This document shows positions 22,933 to 33,425 of a stretch of 64,000 nucleotides of DNA, in pieces. A program made the translations under genes and the position numbers. The DNA comes from an uncultured Verrucomicrobiae bacterium (GTDB taxonomy: Bacteria > Verrucomicrobiota > Verrucomicrobiia > Chthoniobacterales > JAFAMB01), in contig CAWEXO010000011.1 in assembly GCA_963813025.1 (NCBI GenBank), forward strand, positions 864,001-928,000, read 5' to 3'. Every line of letters starts with the position of its first letter. Position 1 is the stretch's first letter. The notes under the pieces are model-generated. The model had not been told where the DNA came from. It searched no databases and saw only the letters and a program-made list of their open reading frames with translations.

Positions 22933-23024
22933 GTAATCAGTAATCAGTAATCGGTAATCGGTAATCGGTAATCGGAGCAGACGGATCACCGATTATCGAT
23001 AACTGATAACCGATTAGCGATTAC
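22933..23024. repeat. Inverted 7-bp tandem arrays (gtaatcR x6 followed by cgattac-like units)
   Basis: 22933-22974 six gtaatca/gtaatcg units; 22983-23024 degenerate reverse-complement units. Confidence 0.85.
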
Positions 23025-23047
23025 GGGCCACCGATCATCACGCCACC

Positions 23048-26000
23048 ATGAATATCTCCGAGCCATTCATCCGCCGGCCAATTGCGACCTCACTGCTGGC
23101 CTTTGGTCTCATGCTGTCCGGGTTGGTGGCTTACCATTTCCTTCCGGTCGCGCCTTTACCGCAGGTCGATTTTCCGACCATTAACGTGCAGGCCAATTAC
23201 CCAGGCGCGGACCCCGAGACGGCCGCGTCTTCGCTGGCGGCGCCTCTGGAACGTCGGTTCGCCGATATTGCCGGCGTCAACGAAATTACTTCGACCAGCC
23301 AGCGGAACGGTACCCGAATCGTTTTGCAGTTCGACCAGAGCCGCGACATCAACGGTGCTGCTCGCGACGTTCAAGCCGCCATTAACGCCGCGTCCAGCGA
23401 GTTGCCAGCGGGTTTGCCGAATCCTCCGAGTTACCGAAAAGCCAATCCGAACGACACCCCAATTCTGATTCTAACGCTCACCTCGGATGCGATTCCACGA
23501 TCCAAAGTTTACGACTACGCAAACGAAATTCTTTTGCCGGCCATCTCGCAAGTCAATGGAGTGAGCGAAGTGGATATTGGGGGAGGCGCTCAGTCGGCCG
23601 TTCGGGTTCAAGTTAATCCGGCCGTTCTTGCTTCCATGGGCATGAGCATGAACGACGTCGCGTCGGTTCTTGCCGGAGAAAATAAAGATGAACCGAAGGG
23701 TACCATTGGCGGTTCCGGGCAGAGTTACACGATCAATACCAACGATCAGCTCTTTAGCGCAGATCAGTACCAGGATCTTATCATCGGCCAGCAGAACGGC
23801 ACGCCAATCCCCTTGAACACGGTCGGTCGCGCCATCGATGCGACGGTCGATCGGCTGCAGGCTGGTTGGTTCAACGGCAAGCCTTCGGTCTCGATCATTG
23901 TGCACAAGCAAGCGGATGCGAATGTGATCCAGGTTGTCGATCACATCAAAGCGCTCTTGCCGCAACTTCGGCGCTGGTTACCGGCGGCCATCAATCTCGA
24001 AGTGCAGGTGGATCGGACCACGACGATTCGGGCCGCAGTCCACGATGTGCAAGTATCGCTGCTGATCAGTGTCGGCCTGGTTACCCTGGTTTGTTTCATT
24101 TTCCTGCGGCGCATTTCCACCACGTTTATCTCCTGTATCACAGTTCCTCTGGCCATTTGCGGCACTTTCGGCGCGATGTACCTGCTCAATTTCAGCTTGG
24201 ACAACATCTCTCTGATGGCGCTGACGGTGTCGGTCGGCTTCGTCGTCGATGACGCGATCGTGGTCATCGAGAACATTGTCCGTCATGTCGAGCACGGCCT
24301 GACGCCGATGGAGGCAACGCTGAAGGGCGCCCGACAAATCGGGTTTACGATCGTTTCGATCAGCATCTCGTTGGTCGCTGTTTTTATACCGTTACTGTTC
24401 ATGGGTGGAATCATCGGCCGCCAATTCCATGAGTTCTCTGTCACATTGAGCGTAGCCATCCTGATTTCCGCCGTCGTCTCTCTTACGCTCACGCCAATGT
24501 TGTGCTCGCGCTGGATCAAGCCCGAAACCGAAGCGCAGCGCAATGCGTTTTTCTACCGCACAACCGAACGTTTCTTCAAATCTGTGCTGAGTGGTTATGC
24601 GCGTTCGTTGCGTTGGGTTCTACGTCACTCCTTTCTTATGCTGCTGGTGACGGGCGCCACGATCGGCACGACCGTCTGGCTTTATACTATCGTTCCGAAA
24701 GGTTTCTTCCCAGAGCAGGATACCGGCTTGATATTCGGCTTCACTCAAGCCGCCCAGGACATCTCGTTTCAATCGATGGAAACGAAACAGGCTGCCGTTA
24801 CTCAGATCGTGAAACGGGATCCGGCCGTGGCCTCGATCAGTTCGTTCGTGGGAAGCGGTGGCGGTGGTGGGGGAGCCTCAGGGCGCATGTTTATTTCTTT
24901 GAAGCCGCGCCGGGAACGAGCTGATAGCGCCTCGGCTGTCGTAGCGCGGCTCCGAGCAAAGACGGCTCGGATCCCTGGTATCCTCTCTTTTTTTACCGCG
25001 ATCCAGGATATTAAGGTTGGTGGGCGTGCTTCGAGCGGCCAGTACATCTACTCGTTGTCCAGCGATAACCTGGACGATTTGAAAACCTGGGTGCCGAAGC
25101 TGATGGATGAGCTGCGAAAAGATAAAATCTTGAAAGATTTGAACACGGATCAGCAAGATCTGGGATTGGAGGCGAACGTGATTATCGATCGGACGAAGGC
25201 TTCGGAGCTTGGTGTTTTGCCGAAGGCTATCGATCTGGCCATGGATAGCGCGTTTGGTCAACGGCAGGTCTCGGTCATCCACACGAACCGAGCGCAATAC
25301 CACGTTGTGGTTGAGGCTTTACCCGGGTTTTTGGAAGATCCCACTGCACTGGATAAAATTTATGTCCGCAGCAACAATGGAAATGTAGTTCCTCTCAGTG
25401 CGGTGGCGCACATCGAGTACAGCAACACACCCACCGCCATCAACCATCAGGGCCAGTTCCCGTCGGTTACGATCTCTTTCAATCTCGATCCTGGTAGTTC
25501 TCTCGGCGACGCCACCAGAATCGTCGAACAAGCCGCGCGCAATATCAATCTTCCCCCGACGATCCGGGGGAGCTTTGGCGGCACCGCGCAGATCTTCGCT
25601 GATTCTTTGTCGACCCAGCCGATGCTTATTCTAACCGCGATTCTCGCGGTCTACATCGTCCTCGGGGTATTGTACGAGAGCTATGTGCACCCGGTTACGA
25701 TCCTGTCGACGATTCCTTCGGCCGGGTTGGGGGCGTTGCTCGCTTTATTGATCTGCCGGGTGGATCTCTCAATCGTCTCCATCATTGGGATCATCCTGCT
25801 GATCGGTATCGTGAAAAAGAATGCGATCATGATGGTCGACTTTGCGCTGGAGTCCGAACGCGAGCGCAACCTGTCGCCGGCCGAATCGATCTACGAAGCT
25901 TGTCTGGTCCGGTTTCGTCCGATCATTATGACGACCTTGGCCGCGATGTTTGGCGCTGTACCGCTGGCCATTGGACAGGGTGAAGGGTCGGAAATCCGGC

Positions 26001-26146
26001 AGCCGCTTGGGATCGCGATTATCGGTGGCTTGATTGTCTCGCAATTGCTGACCCTTTACACCACGCCAATCATCTATCTCTACATGGATCGGCTGCGGCA
26101 GCGGAAACATATCCCAATTACGGCAGGCGCGGTCCTGCCGGCATAA
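23048..26146 (+). CDS. mdtC: RND efflux permease, MdtC-like
   Basis: Second AcrB-family paralogue in tandem: LPVAPLPQVDFPTI, GFVVDDAIV, GIVKKNAIMMVDF. Confidence 0.88.
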   Translation: MNISEPFIRRPIATSLLAFGLMLSGLVAYHFLPVAPLPQVDFPTINVQANYPGADPETAASSLAAPLERRFADIAGVNEITSTSQRNGTRIVLQFDQSRDINGAARDVQAAINAASSELPAGLPNPPSYRKANPNDTPILILTLTSDAIPRSKVYDYANEILLPAISQVNGVSEVDIGGGAQSAVRVQVNPAVLASMGMSMNDVASVLAGENKDEPKGTIGGSGQSYTINTNDQLFSADQYQDLIIGQQNGTPIPLNTVGRAIDATVDRLQAGWFNGKPSVSIIVHKQADANVIQVVDHIKALLPQLRRWLPAAINLEVQVDRTTTIRAAVHDVQVSLLISVGLVTLVCFIFLRRISTTFISCITVPLAICGTFGAMYLLNFSLDNISLMALTVSVGFVVDDAIVVIENIVRHVEHGLTPMEATLKGARQIGFTIVSISISLVAVFIPLLFMGGIIGRQFHEFSVTLSVAILISAVVSLTLTPMLCSRWIKPETEAQRNAFFYRTTERFFKSVLSGYARSLRWVLRHSFLMLLVTGATIGTTVWLYTIVPKGFFPEQDTGLIFGFTQAAQDISFQSMETKQAAVTQIVKRDPAVASISSFVGSGGGGGGASGRMFISLKPRRERADSASAVVARLRAKTARIPGILSFFTAIQDIKVGGRASSGQYIYSLSSDNLDDLKTWVPKLMDELRKDKILKDLNTDQQDLGLEANVIIDRTKASELGVLPKAIDLAMDSAFGQRQVSVIHTNRAQYHVVVEALPGFLEDPTALDKIYVRSNNGNVVPLSAVAHIEYSNTPTAINHQGQFPSVTISFNLDPGSSLGDATRIVEQAARNINLPPTIRGSFGGTAQIFADSLSTQPMLILTAILAVYIVLGVLYESYVHPVTILSTIPSAGLGALLALLICRVDLSIVSIIGIILLIGIVKKNAIMMVDFALESERERNLSPAESIYEACLVRFRPIIMTTLAAMFGAVPLAIGQGEGSEIRQPLGIAIIGGLIVSQLLTLYTTPIIYLYMDRLRQRKHIPITAGAVLPA

Positions 26147-26282
26147 AGGCTAGTGGGTCAATCGGGATCAAGCCAAATTGGCAAGCGCGGAAGGTCTCCG
26201 AGTCCGCCTATGAGACATTTCCCTTCGGAGTCAAAAGCCATGAAGTCCGAGACGTCCTGGCGGTTTATGCAACGCCAGGATT

Positions 26283-26318
26283 CCGACTCCTGACTCCAAC
26301 TCCTTGACTCCTGCCTCC
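26283..26318. repeat. Short degenerate (gactcct)n heptamer array
   Basis: ccgactcctgactccaactccttgactcctgcctcc; reverse complement of the (ggagtca)n array at 55193. Confidence 0.6.
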
Positions 26319-26372
26319 GCCCCCTCTTGATTGCTGCGCGCGTTTTCGGCAAGTTGTAGGATTTTCGCGACC

Positions 26373-28711
26373 ATGGCGGACGCAGAGCGCTATCAGCATT
26401 ATCAGATTCTCAAGCGGGACGACGGAAGCTTGTGGGAACTCGGGCGCGGAGCCATGGGGATCACCTACAAAGCTTTCGATACCAGCCTGCGCAATGGAGT
26501 TTATCGATGGCGAGACCGTCGATAATTATTTGCGCCGACACGGCCCTTTGGCTCCGAAGGAAGCGCTGGACATTGCTTTGCAGGTGAGCCGGGCCCTCGG
26601 CGCCGCCGCGAAACAGCACTTGGTTCATCGCGATCTCAAGCCGGCTAACCTGATGTTGGTCGACCAGGATGGAGAACGGGTCGTCAAGGTCATTGATTTC
26701 GGCCTGGCCAAAAGCGCCAGGGCAGTCGGTGACGAGTCGGGCACCTTGACCTTCGGCGGCGGTTTCGTTGGGACGCCATTGTTCGCGAGTCCGGAACAGC
26801 TCGAAGAACTGGATATTGATATCCGGGCCGACATTTATTCGTTGGGAGCCACTCTGTATTTCATGTTGGCGGGCCGCCCGCCGTTCCTGGGTTCGTTGGC
26901 GCAAGTGATGAGCCAACACCTGCACAAAGAAGTGCCGCTCGAAGCGCTGGAGGGACTTCTACCCTCCTTGATCAGTCTGGTCGAAAGAATGATGGAGAAG
27001 GACCGTGACCGACAAATCCAGAACCCGACTGAGTTGCGCCAACAGATCCAAACTTGTCTGGATGAACTGAGCGGAAGTGCTGCTCTGAGCGCGGCGCAAA
27101 CCATGGTACGCGAACATTCCGCAGTCGCCGCAACGACCGATCTGGCCGCCGCACAATCGACCGGCAAATCCTGCTCTTTGAACCAGCCGGACAATACCTG
27201 GTGGAAGAACCGATCGCCGGTTGCACTCTGCTGCAAATCCTCCGTTCGCGGGGGACACTCACGGCAGCCGAGGTTCTCCATCTGCTGGAGATCCTTGGCC
27301 CGGCAATCGATCGAGTCGCCGATTACCCTTGGTTAGATCTGAGTTTGCATGGTGTACGCGTCAGACCAGATGGAGTGGTCGGCGAAAGAGATCCCGTCGA
27401 TCCGGCCAAGCCCTTGGGGACAGCGTTTGGGCTGAAGGTGGAAGCTATCGATTTCTCGGCGGAACCGTTTGCGCCGAAAGATTGGGCTACCACGGCGACG
27501 ATTGTCTCCGGTGACCTCAGTTCAGCGGAGCCGAACAAGGTGCGTAGATTGATCTTACTCATCTACGAGCTGCTGGGTGACTCGCCGGCTGCCGTCCTCA
27601 CACCCGGGCATTACACGCCGTTGGCCAGCCTGACCGAATCCGGAAACCAGGTGTTGAGGCAAGCGCTTTCGGGTGGAATCGATTCGGGCCAGAAGCTGGC
27701 CGGGAGATTTGGAGAAGCGATCGTGTCGCACGGGTCGCCTTGGCGGGCTCTTTCCAGCGCCGCCTTGCCTCCGCCAGTCCCGACTTTTTCCGCAGCGGCC
27801 TCCCCCTCACCGGGGGCAGTCCCAATCGCGGCCAGTTCGAATTTTTCTGAGGGCAGATCGAGCGAGCTAAGGCCGCCGGGTGTCCCGAGTTCGCAAGTAA
27901 CCGATCCGGCGACTTTCCCAATCAGGAGGATTTTCCCGCGCGGCTGGAAAATCTCCTTGGGCGGGTGCGTTCGCAGTCCAGCAAGATTGACTCTACCACC
28001 TTCTCGCAGTTGCAGCCCGATCTCGAGCGAGCGGCGCAAAAGGGGGTTGTTCAGGCCATGTTAATTCTGGGACAGAATTTGCGGTAAACCGATCCAAATC
28101 GAGCCCTCGAGTGGTACGAGGCCGCCGCCGAGAAAGGCAACGCGGAGGCTATGGTGCAGTCCGGGTTGTTGCTCTCGAACCGCAAGAATCCTGATGATGA
28201 AAAGAAGGCGGTCGAATTCTTTGTGCGAAGCGCGGAAGCGGGTGATCGCCTGGGCAAATACGCCGCCGGCGAATGCTATTACTTCGGCAAGGGCGTTTTA
28301 CCGAGCGAAGCTACGGCGGTGCAGTATCTGCGAGAAGCGGCGGCTTTGGGTGAACCGCGGGCAATGGATCTGCTGGGGACTCATTTTGAGCATCAGAAGA
28401 ACTACCCGGAAGCGCAACGCTATTATGCCGACGCGATTCAGGCTGGATACCCACTCTCCTTTTCCAATTTAGGCGTGATGTACATGAACGGCGAAGGTGT
28501 TGGGCGAAGTACGGAAAAGGCCGCCCAGCTATTCCGTCAAGGAGCGGAGCACGGCGATCCGGTTGGGATGTTTTTTTATGCTAACTGCCTGGCCGGCGGA
28601 ATAGGGGTGCCGAAAGATCTGAAAACCGCGGCAGACTATTTCCGGCGAGCAGCCAAGGCTGGCAATGCCCGGGCAGTCGAGTGGTGCCGGAAAAATAAAG
28701 TGAGTTACTGA
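26373..28711 (+). pseudogene. Disrupted Ser/Thr protein kinase - kinase-like domain - Sel1 repeat protein
   Basis: ELGRGAMGITYKA (26373 frame); HRDLKPAN, DFG, GTPLFASPEQ (26494 frame); second kinase-like lobe (27201 frame); Sel1 repeats (28151 frame, open from ~27902 except TAA at 28085). Confidence 0.8.
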
Positions 28712-28863
28712 GTGCCTAAACCTGCTTCCGCTTTTGCGCTCTCCCTCCAGTAAATGTAATCGGTCCGAGGCGCCGCCTTGCTGGAAACGTATTTTCAAGA
28801 AAATGTCGAAAATTTGCATTCTAGGCTTGCTGATGATGGGCAAGCCGTCTAAAGGGAAAGCCC

Positions 28864-29559
28864 ATGTCCAGGACGCTGTTTGTAATTGGACTGGTTTGGC
28901 TTTGGACGCTCAGTTCCCCTGCGGAATCAGATTACCTCTCGACGAAACTCGCCGACGGCTTTGATTTTCCGGTCGGCGCTCCTAATGCCGATGGATATTA
29001 CAAGTCGCGCGGGTTCAATCTCCACGGCCATCTCGGCGAGGATTGGGTCAGCGAACAGGGGAGTGGGGTGATCTTTGGACATCCGGTGTGCGCGATTGGC
29101 ACCGGTGTGGTTACGTTTGCCCGCGATTTTTTGCGCGCGTGGGGCAACGTCGTCGTTATCCGGCATGCCTACCTGGAAGACGGGCAAACGAAATATATCG
29201 ATTCGCTCTACGCTCACCTCAACAAGATTTATGTCAGAGAAGGTCAGCAAGTGGCCCGGGGAGAGGAGATTGGCACGGTCGGAACGGCCCACGGCCTCTA
29301 TCCACCTCATCTACATTTTGAGATTCACTATGATCTCACGATCGGAGTAGTCCACGCGGCCAACACCCGTTTGCCAGGGAAATATGCCGATCCAACAGGG
29401 TTTCTGAATGTCCATCGCCTCCTGAAGACGACCAATCAAAACGTCCAGGTCGCTTTGAATTACAATATGCCAAGCTTTCCCGGCATCATCGCCCATCCGA
29501 CGGACAACGACCGCCAGAGCATCGCCTGGCTTAACCATCGAAGGCGTCGAGGCGAGTAG
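28864..29559 (+). CDS. Secreted M23 family metallopeptidase
   Basis: Signal peptide, HLGED (HxxxD), WGNVVVIRH, YAHL, HLHFE (HxH). Confidence 0.9.
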   Translation: MSRTLFVIGLVWLWTLSSPAESDYLSTKLADGFDFPVGAPNADGYYKSRGFNLHGHLGEDWVSEQGSGVIFGHPVCAIGTGVVTFARDFLRAWGNVVVIRHAYLEDGQTKYIDSLYAHLNKIYVREGQQVARGEEIGTVGTAHGLYPPHLHFEIHYDLTIGVVHAANTRLPGKYADPTGFLNVHRLLKTTNQNVQVALNYNMPSFPGIIAHPTDNDRQSIAWLNHRRRRGE

Positions 29560-29634
29560 GATCGGCAACCTTGCCGGTCAGGAACTACTGTCCTGTTCGT
29601 GAAATGGTTGGGCTTTCGCCGCGGCCCATGCTAC

Positions 29635-29949
29635 TCAAATTTCGTGGCGGCAGACGACGGCCCGACCGGGTTCTCCTCTCCCGGATCTCGCATGATGCAC
29701 CTGCGAGGGGGGAGTCTGGGTTTGTAACCACTGGTAAAGCCGGTAGCCAAACCAGAATACCAATGCTGGCTTTGCCAGAAACAAAGCCAGACGGACGACC
29801 GAAACGACCAAGGTCCGGATGGGGAGCGTCTGGAGGAGAAAGCCAAGGGCCAAAGAACCCAGTAAGAAGGTTTCCGGATTCTCGCGCATGTTCTCCTCAA
29901 ATTCGCGCCATCGGACATCGAATGTTTTTCCTAAATCGGTGAAGCTCAT
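29635..29949 (-). CDS. Small membrane protein with a DUF883/ElaB-like segment
   Basis: MRENPETFLLGSLALGFLL resembles the DUF883 anchor; two hydrophobic stretches. Confidence 0.55.
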   Translation of the reverse strand: MSFTDLGKTFDVRWREFEENMRENPETFLLGSLALGFLLQTLPIRTLVVSVVRLALFLAKPALVFWFGYRLYQWLQTQTPPSQVHHARSGRGEPGRAVVCRHEI

Positions 29950-29995
29950 AGATTTTTGATGCGAAACGCCTGACCTCGGTTGTCTGCGCAATGTC

Positions 29996-30424
29996 CTAAA
30001 ACAGGCCAAATATCGGTTTGCGCTTGGGCGGCTGCCGGAACGGATTGAACCTGTCGAATTTCGGGGCAGAAGCGGCGAAATCCTTGAAGGCTTGACTGAC
30101 CGTAGTACCGGTCGCCTCGAGCCCTTGCTTCAATGGGTCGGTGATTTTCGGCCCATGCTCCCGGGTCCAGTCGCCCGCGAAATCCAGAAACTCGTCAAGC
30201 CGAGATTGCCGGAGGATTGCCTGCTCATACCGCGAAAAGGCGTATCCAGCGGCGAAACCTAAAGCTGCAGCCAAGGCAATAAACAGGCCTATGTTCGCCG
30301 GTCGTGGGGCTTGGATTGGGTTCACCTCTGGTGGGTCGGCTGGGGCGTTGCCAACCGCCTCAGGATGAGACTTTGGCTTTGGGGCAAAAGGTTCAGGTAC
30401 AGAGAATTCGCTCGTGTTGCTCAT
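29996..30424 (-). CDS. Hypothetical single-TM protein
   Basis: Pro-rich N-terminus, IGLFIALAAALGFAAGYAF helix, amphipathic C-terminus. Confidence 0.6.
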   Translation of the reverse strand: MSNTSEFSVPEPFAPKPKSHPEAVGNAPADPPEVNPIQAPRPANIGLFIALAAALGFAAGYAFSRYEQAILRQSRLDEFLDFAGDWTREHGPKITDPLKQGLEATGTTVSQAFKDFAASAPKFDRFNPFRQPPKRKPIFGLF

Positions 30425-30542
30425 ATCATTCTCCAAAAAAATAGGACAGTCCGTTCTTTCTGCTTGTTCCGTCACCTTCAACTAGTCTGTTGAGTGCCGC
30501 AATCGAATGAATTCGCAAATGTCTGCCGAAGCGGACGTAAAA

Positions 30543-30696
30543 CAGCTGAACAATCGGTCAAGTATCAGTCAATTGAGCGGAGGGAGCGGGTTCAGCGGAG
30601 GGAGATAGCCGAGACTGACCAACTGTTCAGCTAGTTTCCTCCGCTGAACCCGCTCCCTCCGCTCAATTGACTCAAACCTGTTCAATTGTTCAGTTG
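30543..30696. repeat. Palindromic element with a perfect 35-bp inverted repeat (second copy at 47244)
   Basis: 30567-30601 agtcaattgagcggagggagcgggttcagcggagg is the exact reverse complement of 30638-30672; outer 12-bp IR at 30543/30685. Confidence 0.9.
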
Positions 30697-30698
30697 TC

Positions 30699-31268
30699 AT
30701 GATGGATTGGCTGACCTCAGTTGAGTTCTCTTTTTACATGGTCGAGACGTTCGCGTTGCCCTTTGCGATAATCGTTTTCCTGATCGAACGCCGGAAAGAA
30801 CGGCAAGCGGATGCGGAGGAGTTGTATCAACGATTGTCCGACGAATACACCAGCTTCTTGAAATTGGTGTTGGAAAACGCCGATTTGCAACTTCTGCGCC
30901 GTCATGTTCCTCCTGCGGAGGTGAACGAGGAACAACTGGAACGTAAACTCGCGTTGTTCGGAATTCTCGTCTCGATCTTCGAAAGGGCGTATCTGCTTGT
31001 CTACGACGAGCACATGCATAAACAAGCCAAACGACTCTGGTTGTCGTGGGACGATTATATGCGCGAATGGTGCCGTCGCGCCGATTTTCGAAACGCGCTG
31101 CCAGAACTTCTCGAGGGTGAAGACCCCGATTTTCGCGCCTATATCGAAACGATAGCTCGCGCTGAGGCGGCCGCGCCGGCGCCTTCGAAATCGCCGGCGG
31201 CAGGTGTAGCGTTGACTGATCGGTCCGAGATACGTCCACTCGAACCGAAGAGTGCGAACAAGAGCTGA
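30699..31268 (+). CDS. Hypothetical protein with N-terminal TM helix
   Basis: 189-aa ORF with natural composition; LYQRLSDEY..FL, SIFERAY, WLSWDDYMREW. Confidence 0.7.
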   Translation: MMDWLTSVEFSFYMVETFALPFAIIVFLIERRKERQADAEELYQRLSDEYTSFLKLVLENADLQLLRRHVPPAEVNEEQLERKLALFGILVSIFERAYLLVYDEHMHKQAKRLWLSWDDYMREWCRRADFRNALPELLEGEDPDFRAYIETIARAEAAAPAPSKSPAAGVALTDRSEIRPLEPKSANKS

Positions 31269-31326
31269 TCGAATGTCTGACAACTGCCAAGGACCTTTGA
31301 TCCGCTAAAAAAACTTCAAACACTCC

Positions 31327-31494
31327 ATGTTACATTACGCCATCATTTTTCTTATTATTGCCATTATTGCCGGCTTTTTCGGTTTCAGCGGAATCGCCGG
31401 AACATCGGCTTGGATCGCGCAAGTTTTGTTGGTCGTGTTTCTGGTTCTGTTCATTGTGTCGTTCTTCTTTCGGGGACGCGGCCCAACGGTCTAG
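31327..31494 (+). CDS. DUF1328 (UPF0391/YtjA-like) small membrane protein; absent from the ORF track
   Basis: Translated by hand: [55 protein letters not shown]. Confidence 0.9.
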   Translation: MLHYAIIFLIIAIIAGFFGFSGIAGTSAWIAQVLLVVFLVLFIVSFFFRGRGPTV

Positions 31495-31527
31495 ATTTCC
31501 AGGGCATTCTGCACTTGCCATACCGGA

Positions 31528-31559
31528 GGGGTGAGGCTCAAAAAAAAGGGCCTCGCCCT
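31528..31559. terminator. Hairpin between convergent genes, possible terminator
   Basis: ggggtgaggctc-A8-gggcctcgccct forms a ~12-bp stem with G-U pairs. Confidence 0.3.
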
Positions 31560-31560
31560 T

Positions 31561-32505
31561 TCACTTTTGGTCTACCTTCACTTCCTTGATCTCGACCCGC
31601 ATCGCGTTGTCCTTGGGCTCGATTCGCGCGCCATACGCATTTGCGTAGACCTGAGTGAACTCGGCGCCGAATAACACGATCTGAGCCGAATAATAGATCC
31701 ACAGCAGCACGGTGATGAGCGATCCAGCCGCTCCGTAGGCGGAGGTGCCGATGCCGGTCGCCAAGTAAATCCCGAGAAAATATTTTCCGACAAAAAAGAG
31801 AACAGCCGTAAGCGCTCCTCCAACCCACACGTCGCCCCAGGAAATTTTGACGTCCGGCAAGAAACGAAAAATCATCGCGAAAAGAAGCAGAATGATCCCC
31901 AAATCGAAAACCCGGAATAATCCGATTCCCAGAAAGGTACCTCCCGGCAAAGATTGCCGCAGATAGGTGCTCAGAATATTGAGAACGCCTTCGAGCACCA
32001 AGGACACCAACATCAGAACGCAGATGCCGGCGACCATCGCGAAGGAGAGAAAGCGCGCTCGAAGAAAATTCCAAAACCCGGCATTAGGTTTAAGGCGGAC
32101 ACCCCAGATCGTGTTCAACGCGTTCTGCAATTCGCCGAAGACTCCGCTGGCGCCGAAGATCGCGGCGGCGATGGCGATGATTGTCGCGCGCGCGCTGGAC
32201 TGCGGCTGGACCGTGCTGGCGGCGATGTCCTGGAAAACCTTCACCACGCTGGGATCGGCTAAATACCTGAGTTGATCAGTAATCCTGGTGCGTGCTTCTT
32301 CGCTGCTGCCGTAGATGTATCCGAAGACCGCAACCAACAACAAGGCCATTGGTGCGAGGGAGAAGATCGTATAGTAAGCAATGGCCGCACCCAGATGCGG
32401 GCAGTTGTGATTCATCCAGCCCAACGTCGTCTCTTTGCAAAGCGATGGGGTGTCGCTCCAGCGGAAACGGCGCGGGACCGCGCCGGTAGACTCGACGGTT
32501 GCCAT
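31561..32505 (-). CDS. YihY/virulence factor BrkB family membrane protein
   Basis: GAAIAYYTIFSLAP, GASGVF.ELQNALNTIW, YGAAGSL..LLWIYYSAQIVLFGAEF. Confidence 0.92.
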   Translation of the reverse strand: MATVESTGAVPRRFRWSDTPSLCKETTLGWMNHNCPHLGAAIAYYTIFSLAPMALLLVAVFGYIYGSSEEARTRITDQLRYLADPSVVKVFQDIAASTVQPQSSARATIIAIAAAIFGASGVFGELQNALNTIWGVRLKPNAGFWNFLRARFLSFAMVAGICVLMLVSLVLEGVLNILSTYLRQSLPGGTFLGIGLFRVFDLGIILLLFAMIFRFLPDVKISWGDVWVGGALTAVLFFVGKYFLGIYLATGIGTSAYGAAGSLITVLLWIYYSAQIVLFGAEFTQVYANAYGARIEPKDNAMRVEIKEVKVDQK

Positions 32506-32767
32506 GCGAAAAAGAAGGTTAAGGTATTGCGTTACTCACTATTCGGTTCAGAGACCCTGCTTTGGATGCGTACAGACATCGGACGTTTTGAGTGGGGTTT
32601 TTGCTTGCGTTTCGGGCTGTTTCGACGATCTTGTCGTTCGTTTGCTCGAGTTCGAAGCGTGGTGAATCGTCAGGTGAGGCAGTAATTTCTCAGTGGTGAT
32701 TTGAAACCCGGTGTTTCGGGAACGGCTCTGTGGCTGGCAATCGTTAGTAAAATCACCTTATATCAAC

Positions 32768-33079
32768 ATGAAACTTTACGTTGGAAATTTATCATTCAAC
32801 ACAACGGCGGACGAACTCCAAGAGGCGTTCCAGGCTTTTGGAACGGTCACCGAAGTTGCCTTGATCAGCGATCGCGAAACCGGCAACTCACGAGGGTTCG
32901 CCTTTGTCACGATGGGCAGCCGGGCTGAGGCAACGGCAGCTATCGCTGGCATGCAGGGTCGCGAACTTGACGGCCGGACGCTGAGCGTTAACGAGGCGCG
33001 TCCGAAAGAAGAGCGTTCGGGCGGTGGTGGCGGAGGCCGCGGTGGCCGCCCAAACCGTCCTTATTCTTCCCGCCGCTAA
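32768..33079 (+). CDS. RRM (RNP-1/RNP-2) RNA-binding protein with Gly-rich tail
   Basis: KLYVGNL (RNP-2), SRGFAFVTM (RNP-1), VNEARP. Confidence 0.95.
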   Translation: MKLYVGNLSFNTTADELQEAFQAFGTVTEVALISDRETGNSRGFAFVTMGSRAEATAAIAGMQGRELDGRTLSVNEARPKEERSGGGGGGRGGRPNRPYSSRR

Positions 33080-33206
33080 CCGAGCGGCGGTCAGTTAGTC
33101 CTTCCGGGCGCAGCGGCAGCTCTTTTGAGAGGCTGCCCCTGCGTCCGAAGAAGCGGCTTCCGGTACGAAAGCGTCCGGCGGGCGTTTTCCGTATTTTTCT
33201 ATTTTT

Positions 33207-33425
33207 ATGCAAAGCGAAGCCGAAATTCTAACCGAAGGCACCATCATCGCCGTTCTGCCCGGAACCATGTTCCGAGTTGAGCTTGACCAAAAGCACGTCG
33301 TACTTGCCCACATCTCTGGCAAAATGCGCAAGCGCTTTATCCGCCTGAACCGCGGAGATCGCGTGAAGCTGGAAATGTCGCCTTACGATTTGACGAAAGC
33401 GCGCATCGTCTATCGGCTCCAATAG
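33207..33425 (+). CDS. infA: Translation initiation factor IF-1
   Basis: [36 protein letters not shown]. Confidence 0.97.
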   Translation: MQSEAEILTEGTIIAVLPGTMFRVELDQKHVVLAHISGKMRKRFIRLNRGDRVKLEMSPYDLTKARIVYRLQ

